A DNA stretch of 42,510 nt from Candidatus Moraniibacteriota bacterium (lineage in GTDB: Bacteria > Patescibacteriota > Minisyncoccia > Moranbacterales > UBA1568): NCBI GenBank assembly GCA_023261685.1, contig JAHFOM010000001.1, positions 1 to 42,510 on the forward strand, given 5' to 3'. Position numbers and translations under genes: made by a program. The notes under the pieces are model-generated. The model was not told where the DNA came from and did not search any database. It saw only the letters and a list, made by a program, of their open reading frames with translations. Below, piece by piece: positions 23,535 to 32,190 of this stretch. The number at the start of each line of letters is the position of its first letter. The first letter of the stretch is position 1.

Positions 23535-23668
23535 GTGTGAAAAACACAAAACCCAGAACACAAAAACCAATACTTGAGGCACGAATTCTTTTTTCAAACA
23601 TTTGAGCTTTGTATTTTGAAAACTGTGCTTTGTTTGAAATTTGTGCTTTGAAAATTGTGTTTTATATA
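23535..23668. repeat. CA-rich/TG-rich quasi-palindromic intergenic repeat, copy 2 (fills the mreB-mreC spacer)
   Basis: AAAACACAAAACCCAGAACACAAAAACCAATAC (23541-23573) matches 1035-1066. It is followed by GCTTTGTATTTTGAAAACTGTGCTTTGTTTGAAATTTGTGCTTTGAAAATTGTGTTTT, which carries the same TGTGCTTTG units as 1085-1140. Confidence 0.6.
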
Positions 23669-23689
23669 TTACGATTCTTCACTCTCTTT

Positions 23690-24784
23690 TTATCCCAACG
23701 GGCTATCGGTTTCTTTCTCGATCAGCACTTCTTTCAAACTCTCCATATCATCGAGCACAATACCCGTACCGCGCACGACCGCCGTCAGCGGATCTTCCAT
23801 CAGACGCACCGGAATGCCGGTCTGATTGGCTATCAATTTGTCCAATCCCCGGATGAGACTGCCACCACCAGCGAGAATGATGCCCCGATGCATGATATCC
23901 GCCAAGAGTTCCGGCGGTGTTTCTTCCACGATGGTCTTGATATTGTTCACGATGATACGGATAGAGCGCGTGAGTGCTTCGCGGATCTGCTCATCATTCA
24001 CGACGACTTCTTTGGGCAACCCGGAAACCAGATCGCGCCCGCGCAGAGGAAACGTCAAGCGCTCGCGCTGAGGATAGGCGCTTCCGATAGCGATCTTGGC
24101 TTCTTCGGCGGTTTTTTCACCGATGAGAATATTGAATTCATCCCGACTGTAGCGCACGATATCTTCGTTCATCTCATCGCCCGCCACACGAAGGCTCCGT
24201 GAAGCGACGACGCCCCCAAGCGAAATCACAGCAATCTCTGTCGTCCCGCCTCCGATATCTACGACCATATTGCCCGTCGCATCGATGACCGGCAGACGCG
24301 CTCCGATAGCAGCCGCCATCGGCTCATCGATGAGAAATACCTGACGCGCACCTGCATTGAGCGTCGCTTCCATAACCGCGCGTTTTTCTACTTCCGTCAC
24401 ACCGGACGGAATACCAATCAATACGCGCGGACGACGCAAGAAAGCGAAATTCTCCGCCGTCACCTTGTTGATGAAGTAACGGAGCATCTGTTCGGTAATC
24501 TCAAAATCGCTCACTACACCATCGACGAGCGGTCGGGTCGCCACGATATGTCCTGGTGTTTTGCCGACCATTTTCTTGGCCTCCCTTCCGATAGCGAGGA
24601 TCTGTCCGGTGCGTTGATTGACGGCAACGACGGACGGCTCATTGATGACGATGCCCTTGCCTTTGACATACACGAGCGTATTGGCCGTGCCGAGGTCGAT
24701 GCCGATATCCTGCGTCAGATGCCCGAAAAACCGCTCAATGATGCCTTTTTGCAGATTTTTGAAAAAACGCTGTACGTTGGACAT
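23690..24784 (-). CDS. mreB: Rod shape-determining protein MreB (actin homologue)
   Basis: The ORF track gives 23690..24811, which would use a TTG start. I prefer the ATG start MSNVQRFF at 24784. Motifs: DIGIDLGTANTLVY, DIGGGTTEIAVISLGG and GIILAGGGSLIRGLD. Confidence 0.95.
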   Translation of the reverse strand: MSNVQRFFKNLQKGIIERFFGHLTQDIGIDLGTANTLVYVKGKGIVINEPSVVAVNQRTGQILAIGREAKKMVGKTPGHIVATRPLVDGVVSDFEITEQMLRYFINKVTAENFAFLRRPRVLIGIPSGVTEVEKRAVMEATLNAGARQVFLIDEPMAAAIGARLPVIDATGNMVVDIGGGTTEIAVISLGGVVASRSLRVAGDEMNEDIVRYSRDEFNILIGEKTAEEAKIAIGSAYPQRERLTFPLRGRDLVSGLPKEVVVNDEQIREALTRSIRIIVNNIKTIVEETPPELLADIMHRGIILAGGGSLIRGLDKLIANQTGIPVRLMEDPLTAVVRGTGIVLDDMESLKEVLIEKETDSPLG

Positions 24785-24860
24785 AATGACAGAGTGAAAA
24801 AAGGCACACAAAAACAGAAGTATTCACCATTCTAGCGCATTTCCCAGAAATACTCAAAAG

Positions 24861-25457
24861 TCAAGCATATTTTTTACGCGCAAGAAGCCAATCCGGCGTT
24901 GGGACAAACGTAATCGACTCCCAATGATCGATCTCCTCTTCAGTCACGTCATAGTGCATCTGATACACCGGCTCCACGCTCCCATACAGTGCTTTTGACC
25001 AATCAAATCCGAGATCTTGTGCTGTCTGCATCACTACCTCTTCACTTGCGCCCTCGATTTCCACAAAGGTTGGAATCCATGGCCATGTATCGATGGTTAT
25101 CTCGACCCCTCCATACATCCATTTTTCTCTTTTGGTTTCCTGAGAAGATTTCATCTGCATCCCAATCGCTTGCAAAAATGCATTCGTAGATTCAAAAGTA
25201 TCAACAGTCAAGGTTATCTCTTCTGTACCGTGAAGCGTCCGGTCATTCACTTGCTTGTAACTGAGCGTGACATATTCACCTTCATCGCGCACCCGCACCC
25301 AGCCCCCGACGGCATACAAACGCTTGTCCGGATAATCGAACACTTGCCGACGCATCAGTATTTCCGGATGTACCAATGTTGCTCCAATTTCTCGCAACCG
25401 CGCCCGCACCGCCACCAAATCGACATCCACAAATTTCGCCTCTATTTCTGTTGACAT
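24861..25457 (-). CDS. CYTH-domain protein (CyaB/ThTPase-like triphosphate tunnel enzyme)
   Basis: 198 aa. It has the N-terminal ExExK signature (MSTEIEAKF) and the size expected for a CYTH beta-barrel. Confidence 0.75.
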   Translation of the reverse strand: MSTEIEAKFVDVDLVAVRARLREIGATLVHPEILMRRQVFDYPDKRLYAVGGWVRVRDEGEYVTLSYKQVNDRTLHGTEEITLTVDTFESTNAFLQAIGMQMKSSQETKREKWMYGGVEITIDTWPWIPTFVEIEGASEEVVMQTAQDLGFDWSKALYGSVEPVYQMHYDVTEEEIDHWESITFVPTPDWLLARKKYA

Positions 25458-25464
25458 AGATTCC

Positions 25465-26466
25465 TCAATGTTTACGTATTTCCAATTTTACAGCCCCATG
25501 CTTCGCGGAAAGCACGATGTCACCACCGATGGGAAAGGTGAACATTGACTGCGTGTGTCCGAAATCAAGATTGGCAACGACCGGAATGCCCTCCAATTCT
25601 TTTTTAGTTTTGATAATTTCCGTCAGCACACTCTCTGAAATTCCACTTGCCCGCTGAAACCTCCCGATCACCATTCCTCTCACACCCTCAAATCCCGGCT
25701 GATGAATCAAGGATTGCAGATCCCGATCGAGCAATTCCGGATTTGCCATCTCATCGTCCTCGATAAAGAGTATGGAGTTATGCAAATTGGGGAAGTACTC
25801 CGTCCCCTGCAAAAGATTGAACGTACAAAGATTGGCGCCCAACACCATTCCCTTTGCAGTTCCCTCATTGATAACTATCGGTCCAGCATTTTTGATGAAA
25901 TTCCTATTCTCCTGATCTTTGTAATAGGCATCATCGCTCCACTCTTGCGAAGGCAGTATCTGATATGATTCCTCTAAAAAAAGACATTTTTTGAAATATT
26001 CCAAGGTATAGTCAAAACCGATTTTCTCACTAAATGTCGCGTATGCCGGTCCGGAATAATTCACCAGTCCCGTCTTGGCAAAGATGGCGTTACCGAGCGC
26101 CGTAATATCCGAGTAACCGCAAAAGATTTTTGGATTGTTTCTGATAATATCCCAGTCGATAGAGCGCAGCAGCTGGTTACTGTTGAATCCACCGATAACG
26201 GCGAAAACCGCCTTCACTTCAGGATCAGCAAAAGCGGCGTGCAGGTCATCGATGCGTGATGTGATACTCGAAGAATGAAATTCGTTCATCTCCTCCACGT
26301 GTCTGCCAAAACTCAACCGCAGCCCGAGCGAGGCAAACCGTTCATCGGCAATCTTCCTATTTTCCGGAGTAATAATGCCCAAAGAACACGCCGGCGCGAC
26401 AACCCTCACCACATCCCCTTTCTCCAATTTTTTTGGAAATATCCTCTGCATAGGAAAACTCTGCAA
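25465..26466 (-). CDS. LD-carboxypeptidase (peptidase S66, LdcA/MccF-like)
   Basis: 333 aa. Motifs: VRVVAPACSLG, the nucleophile motif GYSDITAL, and the C-terminal FGHTQSMFTFPIG. Confidence 0.85.
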   Translation of the reverse strand: MQSFPMQRIFPKKLEKGDVVRVVAPACSLGIITPENRKIADERFASLGLRLSFGRHVEEMNEFHSSSITSRIDDLHAAFADPEVKAVFAVIGGFNSNQLLRSIDWDIIRNNPKIFCGYSDITALGNAIFAKTGLVNYSGPAYATFSEKIGFDYTLEYFKKCLFLEESYQILPSQEWSDDAYYKDQENRNFIKNAGPIVINEGTAKGMVLGANLCTFNLLQGTEYFPNLHNSILFIEDDEMANPELLDRDLQSLIHQPGFEGVRGMVIGRFQRASGISESVLTEIIKTKKELEGIPVVANLDFGHTQSMFTFPIGGDIVLSAKHGAVKLEIRKH

Positions 26467-26525
26467 AACGATGAGAAGTTATCAGGAGAAAACCGTATCA
26501 TAGACCCCTCTGCCTCTCAACAAAT

Positions 26526-27857
26526 CTACGGTGTAAGGCGCTTCACGTCGCGAGGAAAGAGGACGGCCTCTTTGATACTGCCCAGTCCAAGCAATTTCTG
26601 GATGATACGCTCGGACCCAAGACCCCAGCCTCCATGCGGAGGTGTACCATATTTGAAAATATCCAAATAATCTTTGAATGCTTCTGGATCCATCCCGCGT
26701 TTTTTAATACTCTCCACAAGCATCTGATAGTCGTGGATACGCTGTCCCCCTGACGCGATTTCGATCCCGCGGAACAACAGATCAAAGGTATCCGTATAAT
26801 TCGGATCACCAGCACTTGGCATACTGTAGAAAGGACGTATAGCTCTCGGATAATGTGTCAGAAAAACAAAATCTGAACCGTATGTTTTTGCGACGTACTC
26901 TCCAATCATCCGTTCTCCCTCGCTATCGATATCTTCGCCATCAGTCTCTTTACTATATTCTTTTTTGAGAATTTTCACCGCCTCCGACAGACGTATACGC
27001 GGGATGGTCACACTTGGCGGAATGGTAGCGCCATATCTCTCAAGATCCTTCCTCCCTCTCTCGCCGATAGCAGCAACAACGTCCATCATCACACCCTCTA
27101 GTTCTGTCATAATATCCTCGAAACTGGCAATGAAGCCCATTTCTGCATCCAGCCCAGTATATTCATTGACGTGACGTGTGGTAAAGTGCGGTTCTGCCCG
27201 AAATACCGTCCCGATTTCAAACACCCGTTCAAATGCACTCATCGCCGCCTGCTTGTAGAACTGCGGGCTCTGAGCCAAAAAGGCTTCACGATCAAAATAC
27301 TGTATCTTGAAAAAGTTTGCCCCACCCTCAGTCGCAGCTGGTACGATTTTCGGCGTCTTGATTTCCATAAATCCCCTCGTACGACACGCTACCGCGTATG
27401 CGTCAAGAAGTATGGCATACAGAGAAAAAATAGAATGCACTTTTTCATTCCGCAATGCCAGCGTCCGATTATTCAGCAATGTCTCTAACTGCAGATTGAA
27501 TTCCGGATTCGAAACATCAATCGGCAATTCTTCACCGGGGCGCGCCACTATCTCTATACTCTCCACCTCTATCTCCACGCTCATAGGTCCTGCTTCTGCA
27601 TCTCCAGACTTACTCGGTCGCGCTTTCACCAGACCGATCACCGTCAGCGCATACTCACTCCGCACCTCTTTGGCACCCTCAATAACATTTGGTTTGTCCG
27701 GCAATACGACCAGCTGGACCGTGCCACTCCGGTCGCGCAACTCAAAAAAAATCAACTTCCCATGATCGCGCCTGACAGAAACCCAGCCACAGAGCATCAC
27801 GGTTTCCCCAATATGCTTCGCTGTTTCAGTAATCAGTATGCGTTTCAGTGCTTCCAT
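26526..27857 (-). CDS. aspS: Aspartate--tRNA ligase, archaeal/eukaryal (type 2) form
   Basis: The ORF track gives 26526..27920. I prefer the start MEALKRIL at 27857. N-terminal OB fold (GWVSVRRDHGKLIFFELRDRSG). Motif 2 is FRAEPHFTTRHVNEY and motif 3 is GGWGLGSERI. At ~443 aa it lacks the bacterial insertion domain. AsnRS cannot be fully excluded. Confidence 0.8.
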   Translation of the reverse strand: MEALKRILITETAKHIGETVMLCGWVSVRRDHGKLIFFELRDRSGTVQLVVLPDKPNVIEGAKEVRSEYALTVIGLVKARPSKSGDAEAGPMSVEIEVESIEIVARPGEELPIDVSNPEFNLQLETLLNNRTLALRNEKVHSIFSLYAILLDAYAVACRTRGFMEIKTPKIVPAATEGGANFFKIQYFDREAFLAQSPQFYKQAAMSAFERVFEIGTVFRAEPHFTTRHVNEYTGLDAEMGFIASFEDIMTELEGVMMDVVAAIGERGRKDLERYGATIPPSVTIPRIRLSEAVKILKKEYSKETDGEDIDSEGERMIGEYVAKTYGSDFVFLTHYPRAIRPFYSMPSAGDPNYTDTFDLLFRGIEIASGGQRIHDYQMLVESIKKRGMDPEAFKDYLDIFKYGTPPHGGWGLGSERIIQKLLGLGSIKEAVLFPRDVKRLTP

Positions 27858-27933
27858 ATATATCGTTGACAATGACTTAAACAATATCCCCAGCATACCA
27901 AAAAGCGAAGCCTGAAACAAGGGGTTTCTCCGC

Positions 27934-29715
27934 CTATTCGATGAACCCGTCCGTCTGCTGCTGCCAAAAATTATAATAGTGCCCCTGTTTCAAAAGCAGT
28001 TCCTGGTGCGATCCTTGCTCGACGATCTCGCCATCTTCGATCACGACGATGCGGTCCATTTTCTGCACCGTGCTGAGCCGATGCGCCACCACGATCGTCG
28101 TCTTGTTTTTCATCAATTGATCAAGTGCTTCGCGGATAGCCAGCTCGCTTTCCGAGTCAAGAGAGCTCGTCGCCTCATCGAGCACGAGAATCGGCGCGTT
28201 TTTCAAAATAGCTCTCGCGATAGCGACGCGCTGACGCTCGCCGCCGGAGAGCTTCACTCCGCGCTCTCCCACCAGCGTCTCATATCCGAGAGGCGTCCGC
28301 GAGATGAACGTATGCGCCCGCGCCTGTTTTGCCGCCGCCACTATTTCCTCTTGCGATGCTCCGGGATTCCCATAGGCGATGTTTTCTCTGAGCGTCCGAT
28401 GAAACAACGCCGGATCCTGCGGCACATACGCGATGTTCGCCCGCAAATCATCCTGCGTAATATGACGCACGTCCTGACCGTCCAGAGTGATCGCGCCACC
28501 ATCCACATCGATGAAACGCAAGAGCAGCTTGATGATCGTGGTCTTGCCCGCTCCGGAATGACCGACGATACCGATCTTCTCCCCGGGCTTCACTGCGAGC
28601 GAAAAGTTCTCGAACACCGCCTCACCCTTGCCGTACGAAAAATCAATATGCTCGAATGCCACCGCTCCCCGGCTAATACGGCTCGGCTCCGGATTGACGG
28701 GATCAGGAATATCCAGTTCGGTATCGAATATGTCGACCATCTCACTCGCATCGGTCAAAGCCTGTGTCATTTTCGTAAAAGACTTTCCTAATTGGAACAG
28801 GTGACCGAATAATCCCGTCAGATATATTTGCACCAGCACCACGGTACCCGCCGAGACTTCCCCAGAAAGCCACAACCGCACCACAAAATACATCCCAAAT
28901 ACCTCAAGCAAACCAAGGAGGATCGTTTGCACAAGAAATTGGGTATTCTGGAAATTCCATGCCCGCCGGCGCGCATATTCCTCTTTTGCGGTAGTCGCCT
29001 CAAAATACTCCCGTTCCCGGTGTTTCGCCGAAAACGCCTTGATACTAACAATATTCGCCAGCGCATCTGAGAGCGCACCGGTCACCCGGGAATCTTCGGC
29101 GGCGCGTGCGAGGTCAAGTGGCGTCTTCTTTTTGATAAAGTAAAAAATCAGCCCCACATACAGCACACACCAACCGAAAAAAAAGATTCCGAGCAGAGGC
29201 ATCGTCGCAAGGAGTACGACGAAAATACCGCCGAGGCGTAGAAAACCGAACCACAGAGTAAAGACGCTTTCGTCCTGCAGTATCTCAAAAGCCCGCGCAA
29301 AACGTTTGGCTTTCGCAACCAGCGATCCAGAAAAATTTTCCGTGAAAAACGTGTACGAGTGATCCTGCAAACGAGCAAAGGCGACATCGGTCACATTCTT
29401 CAAAATATGGCTCTGGGAATACGAGAGGAGGAAATCGCCGGTCCGATACAGGATATTGTAAAGAAAGATGAACATCCCGAGAACAATCACCCAATAGAAA
29501 GCCTGTTCACTCGCCAAAGGCGCATCCGCTCCCCGCTCGATGACATCAATCAATCCTTTGTAGGCAAACGGCGCGATAATATCAGAAAGAATCACCGCGC
29601 TTCCGTACACGAAAAAATACATACCGATAGCGAATCGGTACTTCTTGATATGCGGCCAGTAATAATGGAATATCCGCCGAACGCCCAAAGACGCCGACGA
29701 AGCTTTCTCTTCCAT
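27934..29715 (-). CDS. ABC exporter, fused permease/ATPase (MsbA-like type I exporter)
   Basis: 593 aa with a 6-TM N-terminal half. Walker A is GHSGAGKTT, the signature is LSGGERQR and Walker B is ILVLDEATS. Confidence 0.9.
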   Translation of the reverse strand: MEEKASSASLGVRRIFHYYWPHIKKYRFAIGMYFFVYGSAVILSDIIAPFAYKGLIDVIERGADAPLASEQAFYWVIVLGMFIFLYNILYRTGDFLLSYSQSHILKNVTDVAFARLQDHSYTFFTENFSGSLVAKAKRFARAFEILQDESVFTLWFGFLRLGGIFVVLLATMPLLGIFFFGWCVLYVGLIFYFIKKKTPLDLARAAEDSRVTGALSDALANIVSIKAFSAKHREREYFEATTAKEEYARRRAWNFQNTQFLVQTILLGLLEVFGMYFVVRLWLSGEVSAGTVVLVQIYLTGLFGHLFQLGKSFTKMTQALTDASEMVDIFDTELDIPDPVNPEPSRISRGAVAFEHIDFSYGKGEAVFENFSLAVKPGEKIGIVGHSGAGKTTIIKLLLRFIDVDGGAITLDGQDVRHITQDDLRANIAYVPQDPALFHRTLRENIAYGNPGASQEEIVAAAKQARAHTFISRTPLGYETLVGERGVKLSGGERQRVAIARAILKNAPILVLDEATSSLDSESELAIREALDQLMKNKTTIVVAHRLSTVQKMDRIVVIEDGEIVEQGSHQELLLKQGHYYNFWQQQTDGFIE

Positions 29716-29761
29716 AGAATCTTTTACACGAAAAAAACCGGCCCAGGGAGGAGGAACGGAC

Positions 29762-30571
29762 TTATTGCTGTCCCTTGAAAAAATCGTTGACGGCGTAAGT
29801 GAGCTCGCTCGGGGTGATCTGCGTCTTAAGAAAGGATTTATTGACTAAGCCTGATTCTGAGAGCATCCGAATGGTTTCATCTTCAAGAGAAGCGGACATT
29901 ACAAAAATCGGAACGGCTTTCTTGGCTTCGACTTCTTTCAACCGTTTCACGATCTCTCGTCCATCCATCCCCGGCATCATCACGTCCGTTATAATCATAT
30001 CGTAATTACCATTCAGCGCTTCATGTAGACCGGATACGCCCTCCGGTTTCGTCACTACCTCGTAGCCTTCATCCCGCAGACGCTTGCCGAACATCTCGAC
30101 AAAGACGGCTTCATCTTCGATAAACAAAATGCGCTTACCGAGCTTCGGGTGTTCGGCGGGGTCCTGTTCCTGACGGGAAAAATTCTTCTTCTGCTCGCTA
30201 AATTGGTTCAAAAAACGGTTGACTTCAGCCACTACTTCCGAGGGCGAGAATTCCGTCTTGGAAATGAAACCGTCCGCGCCGAGCTTGAGACACTCCTCAC
30301 GGTCTTCCGAACTGCTCAAATTGCTGAATATCACTACCTTCAGATCCTCTGGATATGCGGGATCCGTCCGCAATGCCCTGAGCACCTCCGTTCCGCTGAG
30401 TTCGGGAATCACCAGATCAAGTAGTATCAGGTCAAACTTCTGCTCCAGTACCTCTTTGAGGACTGCCCGACCGGAAGCCACATTGAGCACCTCAAAACCG
30501 GAACTCTCAAATTTCTTCTTATAAATCTCCGCGATAAACTGGTCATCTTCGACGAAAAGAATCTTGGACAT
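29762..30571 (-). CDS. Response regulator with two tandem receiver (REC) domains and no output domain
   Basis: 269 aa. REC1 is MSKILFVEDD...LILLDLVIPELSG. REC2 is KRILFIEDE...MIITDVMMPGMDG...PIFVMSAS. Confidence 0.85.
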   Translation of the reverse strand: MSKILFVEDDQFIAEIYKKKFESSGFEVLNVASGRAVLKEVLEQKFDLILLDLVIPELSGTEVLRALRTDPAYPEDLKVVIFSNLSSSEDREECLKLGADGFISKTEFSPSEVVAEVNRFLNQFSEQKKNFSRQEQDPAEHPKLGKRILFIEDEAVFVEMFGKRLRDEGYEVVTKPEGVSGLHEALNGNYDMIITDVMMPGMDGREIVKRLKEVEAKKAVPIFVMSASLEDETIRMLSESGLVNKSFLKTQITPSELTYAVNDFFKGQQ

Positions 30572-30668
30572 CGGATTATATCAAAATAATTTATGATTCC
30601 TCATGTAGCCTGCCTCTATCTAAAGAATACCAAAAAATCAATCCTCTCCAAAACAATATGTACAAGGA

Positions 30669-31061
30669 CTACATAACTTCCCGAACATAGTCCACTGCCT
30701 TCTGAGGCGTCGTGAGAGATTTGATGAGGTAGAACCGTGTTTCAAACCCACCTATCTTCCTGATAATCTTGTCATCATCGACGTTCGTCAACATAATAAC
30801 AGGAGTTTTCGCCAATTGCTTATCGGGATCTGATTGTAATTCCTCCAATACTTCGATACCATTTTTTACCGGCATCTGAATATCCAGCAATATGACATCT
30901 GGTCTGGTTTCACGTATAACTCTCATTCCCACTTCGCCGTTCTCCGCCGAAGAGACACTAAATCCGTCCTGAGTAAATTTCATCACATAGATGTCACGGA
31001 TATCCTGATCATCCTCGATGATACAGACTTTCTTCTTTTCCCACACGTCTTGTTCGGTCAT
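30669..31061 (-). CDS. Single-domain response regulator (REC only)
   Basis: 130 aa with KKVCIIEDDQD...VILLDIQMPVKNG...PVIMLTN. Confidence 0.85.
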   Translation of the reverse strand: MTEQDVWEKKKVCIIEDDQDIRDIYVMKFTQDGFSVSSAENGEVGMRVIRETRPDVILLDIQMPVKNGIEVLEELQSDPDKQLAKTPVIMLTNVDDDKIIRKIGGFETRFYLIKSLTTPQKAVDYVREVM

Positions 31062-31156
31062 ACTACTCTCTTTTTATGCCTGATAGAGATACTTTCACGA
31101 AATAATCCCATTCAAACTACTAAAAACTACAATAGTCTACTTGCTTCTACACACTC

Positions 31157-31184
31157 AATATAGCACATATTGACAGTTTTTCAA
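31157..31184 (-). promoter_or_regulatory. Candidate promoter TTGAAA-N16-TATATT for the REC genes
   Basis: The complement of 31179-31184 is TTGAAA and the complement of 31157-31162 is TATATT. Confidence 0.4.
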
Positions 31185-31205
31185 GAAACAGAAGCCTCAC
31201 TTCCC

Positions 31206-31322
31206 TATCCCCGAAAAAGAAGACTGATCGGAGGTACCGGCTTGGATTTTCAGATTGACGAGGAGGAGCTCGATGATGAAGCAAGAGCCTTTGCCCTGAC
31301 CGTCGGACTTTATTTAACAGCC
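31206..31322 (-). pseudogene. Detached histidine-kinase 3' tail, copy A (in-frame C-terminal fragment only)
   Basis: In the kinase frame it translates as IKSDGQGKGSCFIIELLLVNLKIQAGTSDQSSFSGIGK*. It is bounded upstream by a TAA stop. It is homologous to the real 3' end of the kinase gene at 33340-33462. The tracked ORF 31147..31329 reads a different frame of the same DNA. Confidence 0.65.
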
Positions 31323-31362
31323 CTTGCAAATCCCCGAGCGTAAGCTCGTGGGAGATTCATGC

Positions 31363-31716
31363 TCAGCTTGATGCATCTTCGGCTTTTTTTAGCGGATACC
31401 GCGTAAGTGATTGTTTGAGCACATTGGTATCCTCAGTCGCGGTTTTCCATACCGCCATGAGATCTATACCAAAGTAATCATGGATGAGCTTGTCACGCAT
31501 ACCGCAAATATCTTTCCATGGAACCTCCGGCGTCGCATCACAACATTCCGCTGAAAGTCGTTTTGCGGCTTCTCCGATAATTTCAAGTTTTCGCATCACA
31601 CCGTCCTGAAGAAGCGTATTTTCCGAAAACTGCTCAAAACCAAGCCCTGTGACATAACGCGCGATATCGTCAACTGCCCCTATGATGTGGCCGATATACA
31701 AATTATCCTTTTTCAT
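31363..31716 (-). CDS. hepT: HepT-family (DUF86/HEPN) toxin
   Basis: The ORF track gives 31363..31824. I prefer the start MKKDNLYIGH at 31716. It carries the Rx4HxY motif RDKLIHDY and overlaps the upstream MNT gene by 14 nt. Confidence 0.85.
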   Translation of the reverse strand: MKKDNLYIGHIIGAVDDIARYVTGLGFEQFSENTLLQDGVMRKLEIIGEAAKRLSAECCDATPEVPWKDICGMRDKLIHDYFGIDLMAVWKTATEDTNVLKQSLTRYPLKKAEDASS

Positions 31717-31993
31717 AAATCGTTTGGATATCGCGTAGCACTTCGTCTCGGATAAGCGGATGCAAAGAATCCTCCGTGACAAGATCAACGTCACGACCAA
31801 CTTTCTCTGAGAGTTCCCGCTCAAGGTGAATCAATTCGAGCAGGCTCATCGGTCTGTCCAATCGCACAAGGATATCAATATCACTCGTCGCCCCCGCTTC
31901 TCCTCGGGCGACTGAACCAAAAACACCAGCGTAGGACACCCCGCCAGCCACGAACAACGGCTTCAAAAATTGCAGTTCAAGGGTCTGTTTCAT
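31703..31993 (-). CDS. mntA: MNT-family nucleotidyltransferase antitoxin
   Basis: 96 aa with the minimal nucleotidyltransferase signature GVFGSVARGEAGATSDIDILV. Confidence 0.9.
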   Translation of the reverse strand: MKQTLELQFLKPLFVAGGVSYAGVFGSVARGEAGATSDIDILVRLDRPMSLLELIHLERELSEKVGRDVDLVTEDSLHPLIRDEVLRDIQTIYEKG

Positions 31994-31999
31994 ACGCTG

Positions 32000-32028
32000 A
32001 TTGTAGCAAGTCTCTTGTGGAAAATCAA
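32000..32028 (-). promoter_or_regulatory. Promoter TTGATT-N17-TACAAT, 6 nt from the MNT ATG (implies a leaderless transcript)
   Basis: The complement of 32023-32028 is TTGATT and the complement of 32000-32005 is TACAAT. The ATG lies at 31991-31993 and has no Shine-Dalgarno sequence. Confidence 0.6.
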
Positions 32029-32039
32029 GGCTTTCTTCT

Positions 32040-32165
32040 CTACTTCCCCAACCCCGCGAAAGAAGCCTGATCGGAGGTGCCGACTGCTATTTTCGGATTG
32101 ACGAGGGGGAGCTCGATGATGAAGCGGGCGCCTTTGCATGGACCAGCACCTTCTCCGTGGCATCC
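32040..32165 (-). pseudogene. Detached histidine-kinase 3' tail, copy B (in-frame C-terminal fragment only)
   Basis: It translates as ...GCHGEGAGPCKGARFIIELPLVNPKIAVGTSDQASFAGLGK* and is homologous to 33340-33462. It starts about 25 nt after the stop of the M20 gene. Confidence 0.65.
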
Positions 32166-32190
32166 TCTTTCAAAATTTTTACCACAATAT

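Noticed and set aside
31147-31329. A 60-aa minus-strand ORF in the tracked list.
   Set aside because: It is an out-of-frame reading of detached kinase tail A. The kinase frame of the same DNA gives a clearly homologous peptide, so the region is better described as a gene remnant.
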